NCBI GenBank assembly: GCA_002633005.1
Contig: NMRA01000193.1
Coordinates: 512,716 to 576,715 of the forward strand
From: Phoronis australis
Lineage: Eukaryota; Animalia; Phoronida
Direction of reading: 5' to 3'
DNA: 64,000 nucleotides
Shown here piece after piece: positions 27,801-42,800 of the stretch. A program made the position numbers and the translations under genes. Under the pieces are notes generated by a model. The model worked only from the letters and a program-made list of their open reading frames with translations. It had not been told where the DNA came from and did no database searches. Position 1 is the stretch's first letter; each line of letters begins with the position of its first letter.

Positions 27801-30800
27801 TGCCGAAAAAATGTAAGAAACTTAGGGATTCGAAGCGCATGGGATAAATACAAAACGTACATAGAACGGCGTATTCGTTCTCGGTCGATACGTGGAATAA
27901 TGTCTCGTGGGATATTACTTCATGTACGCAACTCTCGGTACGTTTTGTGTATATACCTTACACAGTTTTTAAATGCTTTCGAAAGTACGACTATTGAGTG
28001 AGTGTAAGTCTTAATAATAATTGCTTGTTGTTTATATGAACTGGAAGGTGTGTGATTCATTTGAATCTGTTCACGTAGGTACTACGGAACGTAAAATTGA
28101 GACATCAGTGACGAAAATGTTGTACTTCGAAGGCCTTGTTGCTATTCCTTTGTTTAAGGCAGCGTTTGTTATTGCCGTGTAATTCAAAGAGAACAATGTC
28201 AGAAAATAACAAGGGGTTTATGAAGAAATTCGAAACAGGACAATGGGGCTACTCGGAAAATTTACATTAAATAGAGGGCGTGCGTGTACTAGTGGTGACA
28301 GATTAACAGCCTCAATTTCGCGAAATGGGCACGGCTTCAAGACATTTCACATGGTGAAATGGCTTGAAGCCGTGCCCACTGAATCTAAGATTGCGTGAAA
28401 AGGGTGCTTCTATGAGAGGAAGTAATCACGACCTTATACAAAGGTAAGGTTTGTGATTATTTTTAACGATTATTCCATGTTTATTCTACTGATTCCTGTT
28501 AACTTAGGTACTCGCCGATATCGACTTCGCGGCAGTCGCCAATCGGGGTTAATCTTTGTTGTGGTGTGTGTTACGATAGCCTACTTGACGTAGCACTCGG
28601 GATCTTTTCGTACATCAACGCAGTACTATTGTTTGGAATGATTTCCAACACGTTTATCAGTGACAGTTACATCAATGAAAGCTGAATGTTTATGCTGTTA
28701 ACTCGATATTGGTTTGTGAGTTAAAATTACAATCCAAGCACAATGCCATGGCAAAGGGTACGTGACAAATATCCATTAGACTATTTGTTTACTCCCTAAC
28801 CTATGTCTTCCGAAAATTTATAACACGTTGAAATGGAAATCTATCATGTCTGTTTTCACGTGACCTTTGGTTTATAGGTTTGAGGGCTTGTACCGTGCAG
28901 AGGAGATATGCATCGCTTCTGTACCATCCCTGAATGGACAAAAGTTTGTTTTAAGCAGATGACTGCAACTAATCAGCAAGATCTTCCCATCCAGTGCAGA
29001 TCTGTTGTCAAAGCCTACTTTCTTTATCGGAGACAATGAGCAAAGCCTTTGAAAAGGAACAGCTACTTTTAAAGAAAGGTATGTAAGTCGTTTTGTTAAT
29101 TTACTTATTCAGGTCCTTAGCGGGGAATTGGCTTAGGGAGTTGGGGTTGTAAAATTTGGTGCAACTGAATGTGTGGAAATAACAGGTTATAGCATGGTGG
29201 GGTAATTCTTAATCTTCATGAAGTTCCTTCAAGTTTATTTCATAAAACTTTTGCTATCAATTGTAAACCCATAAAAATATATTACATTTTCTGAATTCTC
29301 AGTGACTGCCATAGTCCTAACCATGCCTTGAAATGTTACAAGTCGTTTATAAATTCAAAAGACTGACATTTTTTGTGAAAATTGCATTTTTGATGGTGCC
29401 TTACGATTTGTAATTACTCTTAAACAACAGAAAGATTATCCATCATTTTTTAAATGACGCAAGTCTTCATATCTTCTATTAGAAGAAAAATAAAAAGTCT
29501 GAGAAACGGTTCCCTCAGCCTTAGACTAGAGGTATGCTTGACCGACCCATGAATCTGTAATCGGAGTTTAAAATTGCTGAAAGTATCAAATATAAAAAGG
29601 GTTGAAAATGGGTAACAAAGGCTTGAAGTTGTCTCAAATAACTTGCATATTTTGCAGACAACTGATGCGTTTAAAGAATTGTTATGCCTACGAATGAAAA
29701 ATAATGATGCAGTTTTATAAAGTACTTATTACATACACTCTTGGTTTCTGGAAATACATGTAGTAATTATTTAATTTTGTGTGAAATTGTAGAGCAGTCA
29801 CCATATCATATGTTTGAAAAACAGGGTCAACATTTTTTACCCAACCTGGAATATTTAATTATTCAAATTAATTCAGTATTTGTTCCCGGCTCAGTGACAT
29901 TTTAAGGCCACTTCAAGCCGCAACATAGACACGCTTTGTTACTCCTTTCTCTTCCCACAGCATTTCCACACAGCAGCAGTGCTGCATGGCACAATGTACA
30001 AGTCAGTGGCCCTGGAGAAATGTGAATCGCAGTACGAAGTTACCCTAACACAACGTGCCAGTGGATTGTTTGTGTATGAATAGGAAGTATATCTGACTGA
30101 TACACAAGTCAGCCTCGTTGGTGAGGATGCCCTTTAACAGGCAATGAGTCATGAGTGGACAATAGCTTATTTCCTTTCCTGGAAGAAACATCAGGGATTG
30201 AAGCTAAAGAAGACCTAGTGACACTCTAGTCTAGTTCAGGGTCAGATTTTCGGCATGAAACGAGTCAAGTGATATGTTGTTGTGTTTACCTTCAAGGATA
30301 TAATTGTAGATGTTACTGAGGCTGAATGAGATTACATGATGGAAAGCCACTTGCCGAAACTAGACCTTTTTACAAGCGCTGCTATAGGCCATTGAAGCTA
30401 GATCCCTGTGAAATGAAAACCAAAAGAATCTGGTATAAATACCTGTCCTTTCTCACTGAGTGACATTAACTTTTTCTTTCAGAAGAAAGGCTTTATACTA
30501 ATGGTAAAAACTTTTCAATTTGGTACACATTATGAGGAAACGACATTCAGTAACTGCATCGATTTTCTTATTATCAGTACAAAGCTCGTTAATGTTACAC
30601 TTTGATGATTGAATAAATTTTCATCAACAGGCCATTTTGTCACTAATTATTGAAACCACAATATTTTCTCAGTTTTAAAGCCCCATACTGTGCAGTTGTG
30701 CTTATTCTTTATAAAGCTGAAATGTTACCGATTACGCTTGCGAATTGTCATTTTCCCCGTTGACCTCTAGAAATGTGCAGTGATCAAAATGAAGTATTCC

Positions 30801-33800
30801 CTTTGTTTGCATTTGATGTGTTTGTGTGTGTAATTATTTTTAGAGCTTTTTTAAGAAGGCCTTTGAACAATTTTAAGTGTTGTGTTAACTTGTCCACAAA
30901 GAAAAGTTCCACATTCAAGCAAAGTATGTTTTCAATCGTAGCTCTGCACAAGATTCGAGAATAAATAATCATCAGTGTATTTAAAAAAATGGCAAACTGA
31001 ACAACCACATACATACAAAGAAACAACACTGTTAAAAACAATTGTAATTTTCCCATGCAACGGAGTCCATAATCAGGCATATCAAGGCCTGAATTTCTGA
31101 ATTAGGTTAAATTCTCTCAGGTTATTGGTGAAGGATTGCTTTTCACTTTGTCCGAAGTTAAAATAGACGGTCAGCTGGCTGGTTTCAGTTGTTTTCTTTC
31201 ACCGGTAATAGAACAGTCAGAGAAATATTAGCAAATTATAAAAGAAAACACAAGACAAAACTACATTAGTAAGGAAGAACATACTTGACGTTTCATTCTC
31301 ATGCTTATACGTAGAAAATAATAATCTTTGTGTCCAAGTCTTATTTAAGATCTGAATTAAAATATGTGAAACAGGCTAAAAGGGAATTAACAATGTGTAT
31401 TTTTCACGACACCTAAAATGTGATTCTGACCTCAAGCAAAATTCATTCTAGGTGTCAATTTTTATTCCAATGCAATGTCACGACGTTTACTGAGTAGTTT
31501 TTTCATGTTAATTCGGTAACTAATGTGGTAGTCCTGGGAGTAGGGTCCGTAATAAAATAAGGAAACTCACTCATCTAGACAGTTTTATTGGTTATAGCAT
31601 AGTTTTGAAGCGAAACTGCTGTGAAAAAGTCACCCATGACTTCTTCAGTCTTACCATACTCCTCTTATATTGTTCGCATTCCCACCCAGGACAACATGTG
31701 AATATGTTCTGCTAGCCTACCCGGCATCCGAGTTCCGGGTGAGTTTTCGAAAAGGAACACTTAGCTCCATTCAATAAACCCGTTATTCAGGGGGGGTTCC
31801 TGGTGGGGATAACGTCGTCGAAAGATGTCGATAGAAACTTGATTGCTCAAAACTTACCAAGCTAACGTTATGTAGTCTCCCAATGGGGCTTCGGCATCCA
31901 CACATTTTTTCTCAGTTGGTAGACCCTTTTGAGCGCAATTCTCCACGAATGTAGTAACCTTAGGTCTTTTGGGAATTTGTGACCCCCTGTCGAAGACTTG
32001 CACCAGGGAAAATAGCAACAATAAGGCTTAGCGCGACGACGTATTTTGATAACAATTCGTCTTTTTACCAGCTGTTTACATGCAGACATCGACGCATGGG
32101 CAATTCAATCACCACTAGTACAGCAGCGACACCGCGAGGAGAATTCTCTTATCAATAGTGAAAAAAATCAGACAATTTAAAGGAGCATGCCGCCCAAAAA
32201 ACAACCTAATTTGTATCAATTTAGATCGAGTAGTTCTACTCAATAACGGCACGTTCGGTTGCGTTACCTGACACCTGACGGCAGACGGAGGTGTTGAAAT
32301 TATCCAATGACTTCATCGGTTTCACACGCAGTCTGATCAGCAGTCCACAACACGGGTTACTGGTGTCAGGTTATCGCTTGAAGTCATCGTTTAACACCAA
32401 TGAATCATAAACTTCGATGTAAAACCCTTAAAAATACACCGATTTCTTATAAAAACGTGCTGTTTTATTTCGCTCTTACGGATTTATTGGTATTTGGACA
32501 CACCGTAACCTACAAAGTTCGGCAGGCCAATAAGGTCCGTAGCAGGAGTTTGGGGTCTGATAATTTCGAAGTATTTTCCGTGAGCTACAGACAGGAGAAC
32601 CTAGATCTGTGTTGTTTAGACTTGTGATTTTTTGAGTTCTAAACACAAAACACTTGTTAGCCTGACCAGTGGCTCGGAGCCCGATCAGGCCCGTCGCGGC
32701 CGGCCGGATTGACTCGTTATCCCCGGCCGGCCAGTGGCTCGGAAACTGATCAGACATCACGAACATAAACCAGCCAAAGTTCAGTGGAAACTAAACTTCC
32801 AGTCAAGAAAATACTATACTAGTGAGCCAAAGTAATGTGCACCTGATTATGTTGGTGAATTAGCCACGAAACTGCAAATCTACTTAATCGTCGAGGGCCG
32901 CGAATTCAGGTTCCGATTTGGCCACCGAGCAGCACCATCAGGGCAGAAGTTGTACATTGGCACTCATTATTTGATTAATGTAAATGTAAATAAAGATTCC
33001 CGTAACACCTGGCCGTGGGATGGAAATCGAGTTGTTTCACAACAGTTTCTGCCAGCAATAACTAAATTAGCATGAGCTCACACGGCCTTGGTGTCCCGTC
33101 AATTAGTTTTATTGCGCCTAAAGCCAGTAACGCAGTGATTTATTCATTGCTGGCTTCTCAAATCATTTGCACTCACGAACACTCCAAAGGCATTACAAAT
33201 TGCATCTAATGAGACAGAATTTGTTTCAGTTATATATTGGTTAGGGTGAGAATAATTCATTTTGAAACAGAACGCTCAGTAATAAACGCCAACATGGCAA
33301 CTCGCAATCCCGACTTAGGACGAGCTAGAGCTCATCAGTCCCGACTTCGCAGGTGGATCGTTAAGTTTTACAGGCTATCAATTCGAACAGGAATACAGTG
33401 ATGAAGAAATACTAGAGAGGCGCCGTGAACAAGCTCAAACAACGGAACGTATGGAGTTATTTGGTAAGCCGGCATTCGTCAGGCAATGTCGAAGTCTGCA
33501 GGCCACAGACACGGAGATGTTTCACGGCCTCATACTTGCTATTTACAGCGTACATTTCATTCTTCACTACCATGAGCCACTTCCTAAGCATTTCGGACTC
33601 TCGCGGAAGTAAAAAAACGATATACCCGCTTTCCTCGCAGCTGCTTAGTTCGGACAAGCGGGAACGATGCACCGCAACATAGCGGCATTCACTCTGCATA
33701 TGAACCACTGACGTCGCTAGCGTCGTTTCTCACCTTCCTCACAGGTTAACGCGACACCTCTTGGCAAGGTAAGGTCGACCGTATGCGAGGCGATGTGGAT

Positions 33801-36800
33801 ATAGACCGATTAAGACGGCAAAAAAGACTAATTAAATCGGGTGGCATTCTCCTTTAATACTGACTCGCTATGAGAGAAAACCGCGACTTGGTTATGTGGG
33901 TTACTATGGTTTTTCTGTAAAATAAGATGATGGCAATTGACGAATCTCTCGCAAATAAATTCATGCGTGATATGGAGCAAAATGCGTGCACCAAAAGTAG
34001 ATTGAGTTTTGGGAAAAGAACTTGAGTTTTGATGAGATTTCACGGCATATTTTTACACTCTTAAGTGGCATTTTAAACATGTTTTGTCCAGCTGACTTGG
34101 TTGTCTAAGTGCATTCCGAGAAATTTGTAGCTTATTGGTTTTTGTAAAATGAAAATTTTATCATGTATTAATTTGTAATGTTTTGTGGAAGACTGAAAAG
34201 CATGTACAGTTTGGTCTTGGAAGAGTTTGAGTCTAGTTTGCGGTCTACTTGTCAGTTATTAGAAGTGAGAGAAAAATTATTAGTGATTAAAATTTGTTTT
34301 TCTTGAGTGTTCAAAGGTGCTCTGAGAGGAGATGTATCGTCAGCGTTCATAAGAACATCCATAATCATTCACAAATACATTTAGTAAGAACAGTAACAGG
34401 CCTAACTTAGAGTCTTGAAGCACACCCGTTGGTATTTGAAGGAGAGATGGGTTGTGATTATCGCAACAAAAATAATTATGTTGGCTACCGAATAGGGGCA
34501 ACCTGACGTGTGTTCAGTAACGCTAGGACCTAGCTAAAATCTAGCTAAAGTCACGTGTTCTCAATTAAAATACACGGCAATATCTCACGTAATCTCACGA
34601 AGTCTTTTTAGCGAGGCCCTCGATTTGAAAACTGTGGCGGCCGGAAACAGGGAATTTGCTGTGATCTGGAGGGGGGGGGGTTGAAAGTTGTGGCGATTCG
34701 TGAGGTGTAGCTGACAGTTGTTGTGAATGCTAAGCGCAAAAATTGAGACGACTTGGTGCAGCTCAATTTTTTGGAGCCTCAGACTTTGTTGCTGGTGCTG
34801 GCCAGTCATTATACATAGATCACAATGGTGAAAATTAGTTGATTCACAAATAGCTTCAGAGAATTTATGACATAGAGAATACCACCCTTCACTAGTTCGT
34901 CACATGTGTACATATTAAAACTGTAGTGACCCTTTGGTGTTGATTCCTTTGTGCCTACAAGTACACTGAAACCACACAATGAGGTAGCACGTTTTTTATA
35001 AAATGCCCGTTTTATTGTGAGCTGTGGATTCTCTCTTACAAGGGGATCCAGTAAAAATATGCTGACCACCTCCTGTGACGATTTCCTGTTCCAGGTATGG
35101 CTTCGAATATTGATCTCCCTGTATTATACATTGACAAATTTTGGTAATCTGCATCCGTAACATTGACTAAGAACAGATTGAAAACACTGTTGTCACACAG
35201 TCAGTGCAGAATGGCATTTTATTTAAGTAATGGCTTTGTAGTTATTCACTCATGGGATTTTATCAATAATTTAATATTTCCTTGGGTATCATTTTTCATC
35301 AACCAGAAGACGTTGCATTTGTCTGAATTTGGTTTCACGTAGGCACATCCCTATCCGTTTCGGTGAGAGCAGGTCTAAGTGTAGTTTGCTGAGATTGTTC
35401 TTATTTGCGAGTTCTCTGATGGGTCGCCGTCTCCTTTAACTGGCTTGGAATTCATTCAGATGGGAGATGAATTTCAATTACCTGTTAGTAATTGCATTTT
35501 TCACTTGTCATATTTTCTGATGTCATTGGCCATTTTCTCACAGCAGTTGTTTTTGTGCCTTTCGCACTTTCACAATTCGGGGAAGCACGATAAACAATCA
35601 ATAACATCTGACGTTTGTGGCTAAGCTGTTATGCGAAGAAAGAGATCTACGAGGGCCACTGACAGTGGAACAGCAGTGAAGTTAAAGGAGAATGCAATCT
35701 TTTTCATATCATGTTTGATGATAATGCAGATCTTTAATTATCCCAGACATGTGTTTCAGTTAATTTTATTAATTAGTCGTCCCACAATCCGGAATTGACG
35801 TTTAGGGGGTTAATAATTTCCCACCATTTTGTTTCTGTGTTCCAGTTTACTGTGAGGATCTGTTCCACTGTTGATTTCTTGCTGATTTCCTAAAATTGTC
35901 ATCACCACTTCCCATTGACGAGTACTCTACGACATCCTAGAGACTCATTGCCAATCATGCCAGTTTGATCACTATCACTGTCTATCACTTGCATCTTCAC
36001 CACTCGAATCGGGAAGTGGGTAGTTCTCATCTCCAACGCTATCGTCATCTGCATCACAATACGATAACCTGTCTACATCAATGTTGTATGGAATATTCTC
36101 AACAACACTATCACTGAGACTTTGAATGACCTCTGCAAGTGTTTGAGATCTCCAAAAAATGAAAATAAGGAATACATCACACGAATTACTGATATTATAC
36201 GAATACATAAATTATCCAGCAACGACATGTGTCTCCTAACTCATAATGGTCACTTGAGTAATCAAAGTGACAGGACTCATGATGGTTACTTTGGTAACCC
36301 AAGTCTAAAACAAGGCCTTACAATATACTGATTGACATATTCTCAAGGATAGTGTTTCCCCTTTGTTCTCTACATTCTACTGAATATTCACTACCATGTA
36401 ATAAACGGTGGTTGAACAATTTATGAAAAATATTTGATATTTTAGTCCACTTTATTCACTCCTACCTTTTCCTCATGGAGGTAGAAATTTTGCTGTTCTT
36501 CAGTGATGCTACGGTGACATCTAGTGGCAGATTGGGTAAGTACATAAGGTAACTTGAGAGTCCAACATAAATTCAAGGTTTTTGCGCGAATGCTGCTGAC
36601 AGGGGGTCCAGATAATTTGGTTACCCTTCTGCAACATAGGGTTCTCGTGTTTGTTTAATTAATGACGAGACATGGCACGAGACCTCACACAAATGATTTT
36701 GCGTTTCTCGTAGTCTGATATGGATTCCATTTCTTGTAAGACCACCCGTCATTAGACAATCAGCAGAGTGACACAGTTCTGTTGGAAGTGACGAATTATT

Positions 36801-39800
36801 CATTAAGCTAAAAAACCTACAACTTGGGCCCCGCACAAAACCTGCGCCATGTCGTCACAACAATCTGTCATCAGTTTTTCACAAGGGTGACTACGGGGCA
36901 ATGGCTTGAAACCCATGGTGAAAGGGGAATATAACTGGAAAATTGACGTGACGGGGAAGGGGAATTGTGGTGAGCATGAGGGGAAAAGCTCGAAAAGGAG
37001 TTGTGTCAAAGCAACTGGGTGACAGTCTTTACGAAGTGCAACGCCTTTTTGGGTCTAAACAGAGTGTATCTCCGCGAGCCAACTGAATACCCCACCATCT
37101 GTATCTGGCATAGAACTCAAGGACTGAAATGCCAACTCCGACCTTGCAGCTGCTGACAGCATGCATGACAGTTGTTTGTATTCGCATGGTACGGTGCGTG
37201 TGTACTTGCTATGGAAGTTACAGTCATTAAAACTTTTCACAATTTCTCCGTTTTTCAACCGAATTGAATAAGAGCCATATCATTAGAAAACACTTTGTCC
37301 GTTCTTGACGGTTGTGCCAGAAGCAAAAGATAAATAATTTAATTCATAAGGAATTATCATTTCGCATACCTGACTGGTTTAAATATATTTTGTAATTCTA
37401 AAAAAGAGCATGGCCAAAATGCAAAAATAAGAGCTTGCAATACAATAACATTCTTCAGTAAAAATCCAGAATGCAGTGACATTTACGAATAGAGGAAAAA
37501 TGGGCTAAAATCTATCACGAAGATTTGAAATGTACTGTGGATAGTTCGTCACATTGGTTGCAGTGTAGGACTTTCAATGAAAGTTCACAAGTAATTTCTT
37601 CAAAAAGTAAAAGTTAGTGACCCTGATACATGTTTGTTGCTGTAAGCAGGAGACATTGGTACAAATTTTACGATTGTTATGTTACTAAAGAAAGTGAGCT
37701 CTGGAAAATAACAATATTCATGAAAAGATACAATGTTATTTTGAACACCAGAAACATAGTTGTCACGGTCAACATTCGAAAAAATGGAACAACTGGAATA
37801 AAAAGCGGAACATCTGGGTATAAGCCATACCGTTTCGGTGAGATGTTCGCTGCAACACACAAAGACGTAGCGACAGCGTGTTTTGCCGAACAGGAGATGT
37901 AACACCCAAAAATGTCCGGCAACGTTTTTCTTATTGTTTTTTTATTGAATGGGAAATTGCGGGTGCCGCAAACACCCAGGAAACGTCACTTTTTTCTTTT
38001 TATACGCCCACATATTTATATGTGGACGCATTATGCCGTCATCTCCGTCCGTTCGTCCGTCCGTCCTTCCATCCGGGCGGCGTCCGGCGTCCGCTGCTCT
38101 ATCTCCAAAACCCTTTGACATACGTTCATGAAATTTGGCATGTATGTTCCATTCATAAATGGGACGGCATGAGCAAACATTCGGACGGATCCGACTACCG
38201 GTGTGCCCCTAGTGGCAATTTTAGTTATTTACGCTTACCTTTGTATCTTCAAAAGTCCTGAATGGATTTTCATGAAATTTGGTATGTAGGCACCTATTAG
38301 TGAGATGACGCTATCCTCCCGTTTTCAGATGGATTCAAAGTAGTTTGCGCCACCTAGTGGCCATTTTTACCGTTTTCGAGTCTGTTTTTTGCGTCCACCC
38401 CTCTATCAACCAAACCGCTCAAAGAATGATTGTGAAAATTGGCATTTATGTGTTTACTATGAAGAGGACGGTGAAACATCTCCGATTTCTGGCTTACCAA
38501 AGAACTATCCATACGTTCCGTGCGTGGCATGTTCACGGCGCCTCTCTTTATTTCTTGATCAGTGTATTCCGGTTCCAACTGATAGCCAGTGAAACCTAAC
38601 GATCCGACCCGTGAAGTCTTCCTCGGATGAGCTCTTGACTAAGTCGGGATTGGCGCCGGCGAGTTGTCATGTAGACGTTTATTATTCTGCGTTCTGTTTC
38701 AAAATGAATTATTCTCATCCTAACCAATGTTTATATAAAGCTTAAACAAAGTCTGTCTCATTAGATACAATTTGTAATGCCTTTGTTGTATTCGTGAGTG
38801 CAAATGAATAAACCACTGCATAACCGGCTTTTGATGCTGGCAATAAAGATAATTGACCGGCCACGGAGGCCGTGTGAGCGCATGCTAATTCAGTGTTTGC
38901 TGACAGAAAGCTGTTCCGAAACAATTACTCGATTTTGTATGCTATGGATACATGTTAGGGGAATCTTTATTTAGAAATACAAATGCATTATTCAAATCAT
39001 TGTTACTGTACAACCTTTGCCCTGACGGTCTGTGGAAGGGGAACCCGACTTCGTGGCCCCCGACAAATAAGTAGATTTTCAGTTTCGTGGCTAATTAAGA
39101 ATACATAAATAATTACGTGCACATTATTTCTTTGGCTCACTATTATAAATTTATAGTCTTTTCGTGACTGGAGGTTTAGTTTTCAACTCGAGCTGGTTTA
39201 TGTTCGTGGCAGTCCCGGCGGACGCGACGGGCTTGTTTGGGTTCCGAGCCATTGGCCGGGATAGCGAGTCAGTCCGGACGCGACTGGCCTGATCGGGTTC
39301 CAAGCTACTGGCCGGGATAACAAGCGTTTTGTGTGTTTAGAACTCAAAAACTCACAAGACTAAACAACACAGATCTAGGTTCTCCTGTCTGTATTTCACG
39401 GAAGAATACTTCGAATTCATCTCCGAACAGACCCGAAACTCCTGCTATGGACATTGGTAAATTAGCCTGCCGAACTTTGTTGGCTACGGTGTGTCTAAAT
39501 ACCAATAAATCCGTTACAGCGAAATAAAACAACACGTTTTGATGAGAACTCGGTGCATTTTTAAGGGTTTTACTTCCGAGTTTGATGATTTATTGGTGTT
39601 AAACGATAGATTCAAGCGATAAGCTGACACAAGTAACCCGTGTTGTGAACTGCTGGACAGATTGCGTGTAAAACCAATGACGTCATTGGATAATTTTAAC
39701 ACCTCCGTCTGCCGTCAGGTGTCAGGTAACGTAACCGAACGTGTCGTTATAGAGTAGAACTACTCGATCTAAATTGACACAAAATAGGTTGTTTTTTTGG

Positions 39801-42800
39801 GTGGTATTCTCCTTCAACAGCAATCCTTGCTGCTCAAGACTGGTTTCTTTCAGATTGCTCGCATTATCTCGGATACACTTGTCAGCAAGAGATACACTCT
39901 TTCATATTGCTACGAAAAGGTGGCACTGTGGAATGTTGTTGATCATGGCTTCTCATTGGAAACCGACGTCATAACATTCAGTCATTCCCATTGGTTGAAG
40001 TCTGTGAAACCTCTTCAGTTTACTGTTACGAATTGTGGACACCATCTTTGACATGAATAGTTGAACTTATTAAAACCTGCAGTGATCGAAGTAAACAAAA
40101 TCAAGAGATCCACGATACCGTGGCGAAGCCCAAACAAGAACAGTGCATTGAAGGCTCGTGCAAGTTCTGTGACGATGTGATCGATAGACTTCCGACCAAG
40201 CATGCGCACTGATGCCCGCACTCGGAATTCCGTGTGTCGTTCATCATGTTTCCGCAGGGCCACTTTTCAGAGGGTAAGCAAGTGCGAGGTTGGACCGGAA
40301 ATTCACCTGCGTGAATCATAATGTATTACCGCACAACATATCAAACATTTATTTTGAGTTCGCAAAATACTAAAACAGAAAATTGAAAAGTTATTCCGAG
40401 TTCGATTTTGAGTACGATGATTAGACACCGGTAATGAATGTGCGATTGCCTTATGCAGCTAATTGCGAGTAATACTTATTGTATGGTAACGGTCCCAATG
40501 AAGGTTCGCGTACCCCAGCTAAGGCAGTTGGGAGAGGAATGTCCCAATGCCGCCCTGGAGCATCCGACGAAACGTCCATGAATAACTGCTCAGGTTTTAT
40601 AAGTAAGTGGCGGTGGCGTCGGTAACTACGTGGTAACGGAACTAGCAATCACGGATGTGTCACCGTGGTGTCAACCGAGGGCCAGATAGGGTCTGAACTT
40701 GGAAAGGTTTGGGTAGGCATTGCTTTCTTCCACCCCAGGTGATTACGACCGTAGATTAAAGGAGCTCTTAACAGATACTATAATCCTTAAGTGTGAATTA
40801 TCAAGCCGTCATTGTTCATAATGTTTTTGCTGAAAAGTGAAGTTGAGCTAAAAACATCAGCCAAAAACCTGTAATACTGAGAACAAAACATGGGCAACCT
40901 CTGTCCCGAACATGGCACACGATGTTCTAGCCGAGAGATGACCCATACAGCTAGATTCATATTGGCCAGAACAAGCGTGAATTCCGTAAACTCAGTAGAT
41001 TTGAGAACCTAAAACGAACGCAAGATTTCGCGAGATTTCGCCAGGTATTACAAGCAAGGTACCAAAGCGTCAAGATGGTGCTGATCGGTTTAGCCATTTG
41101 ATGAATTTTAGGTATGAATTCGAGGGCCGTGTATAAATTATGTTGCGTCTTGGGCGCGTAAAATATTGCCTAACGGCCTATTGTATGGCGTGTGTGATCA
41201 GTGTAAAGTGTCATGTAAGGACGACACTACCAGATATAACTACTTTGGCGCATTTTAACGTGTTCTCCAATGCGATTTAAAAATTAGTTGAGTTGTCACC
41301 AATCCAAGCGCTGCCATCAAAAATTACCGTCAACACTAACACCTATTCAGTCCCTGAAGATTGCACCTTTGTCTATCTTATCGATAATGAAATCAGACCA
41401 CACATTAGCCGTACTTTGTTTTGTGAGAAATCATGAACTAATTAGACCCCAAACTGTGGAATACCATATTTCTGTGGAACAAGAATTGTTCATTTTTGCC
41501 CATGCACGAATGAGACGTCATTGAATACTGGACAACTTACCTCGCCTATTAATCCGATGTAGATTAAGAGATCAGATTTCTGAAAAGTTGTGTTTATCCA
41601 ATATGTTGCTAGCATTTGCTTCAAAAACACGAGTTCTTTTTCATCAGCTATGCTGACTAAATGGGCACCGTCCTTTTCACATTGCATCCTTGCGTAATTC
41701 CATGTAGCAGGCACACCCAATTCAAAGTGACGTAATGAGTAACATTTACCGTTGGTTTGAAAATAGTTTCCACGTGGACATTTTGTACCCATGCGCTTGA
41801 AAGATGGTGCCTCTATCTTAATGAGTTCGAATTCAAGAGTAAACAAATATTCGCGTTCAACTGTGATTTCCACATGGTCACTACCCACGCTATATACAAT
41901 GTATTGTCCACCGAATTCTCTGTCTATCGAGTACAAGTGTTCTGAGTATTGTCCTCCGCACGCCTTAGCAAAGACTCGTTCTTTCACAGACGGATACACG
42001 ATGTTTACATTATTAGCTGTGAAACGCAACCGGTAATGAAAGAACTTGCGATTTAATCCACAACCTTGCGACTTCCATCGCAATATTAGTCGACATGTGC
42101 CTGTGAAGGTATTGTAGTGCTCGAGATGCGAAAAACGACCACATGTTTGAGATGACATACGAGTGTTTTCACTGCAAAAATGATCAGTGCACTGCTCAGG
42201 GAGAGGATTGATAACATTTTGAACCTTAAAAGCCAGTTGGGTTGCGTATTCGTTTCCTGGACACGAGAATATAAGCTCTGGAACCCTTTTCAGTTTCTTG
42301 TAGTCACAAACTGGCAAGTGGGGAGGTGGCTGTGAATAAAATCGAAAGCAACCTGTCTTAAGCGGACACACGGTCCCCGTGGATAACTGGTCGATTAGTT
42401 CTACTTGTGACGACTTATTCAAATTTACAATAGGAAAGGATATTTGGATGCTCGCATTGCCGCTCTTCTGCGGGAAGTCAAGTAAAACGATGCAAGGACG
42501 ACGAGACACATCGACACCGCTGAAGGAATCGGAATACACAGGAATGCAATCTGTTTCAGACACAAATGCGTTGATGCTAGTAACTTTGGCAGTTTTCCCA
42601 CGTACGTAGAATACAACAGTCATGAATTCTTGAGTGCTGAATATCGTAGTTGGGTCAGAAGATCTGCAAAATGGACCTCGCAGCTTATATTTGGCATTAG
42701 GAGCGTCGCCGTCATAAACGGCGTACCCAAGAGACTCGCAATCATTGTCAACATATGTCATCTTGTCAATCTTGAGCTTGACGAAGTTATGCTTGTTTGA

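Noticed and set aside
36620-37260. Coding-like minus-strand stretch in intron 1
   Set aside because: It has multiple stops, and I could not assign any family motif.
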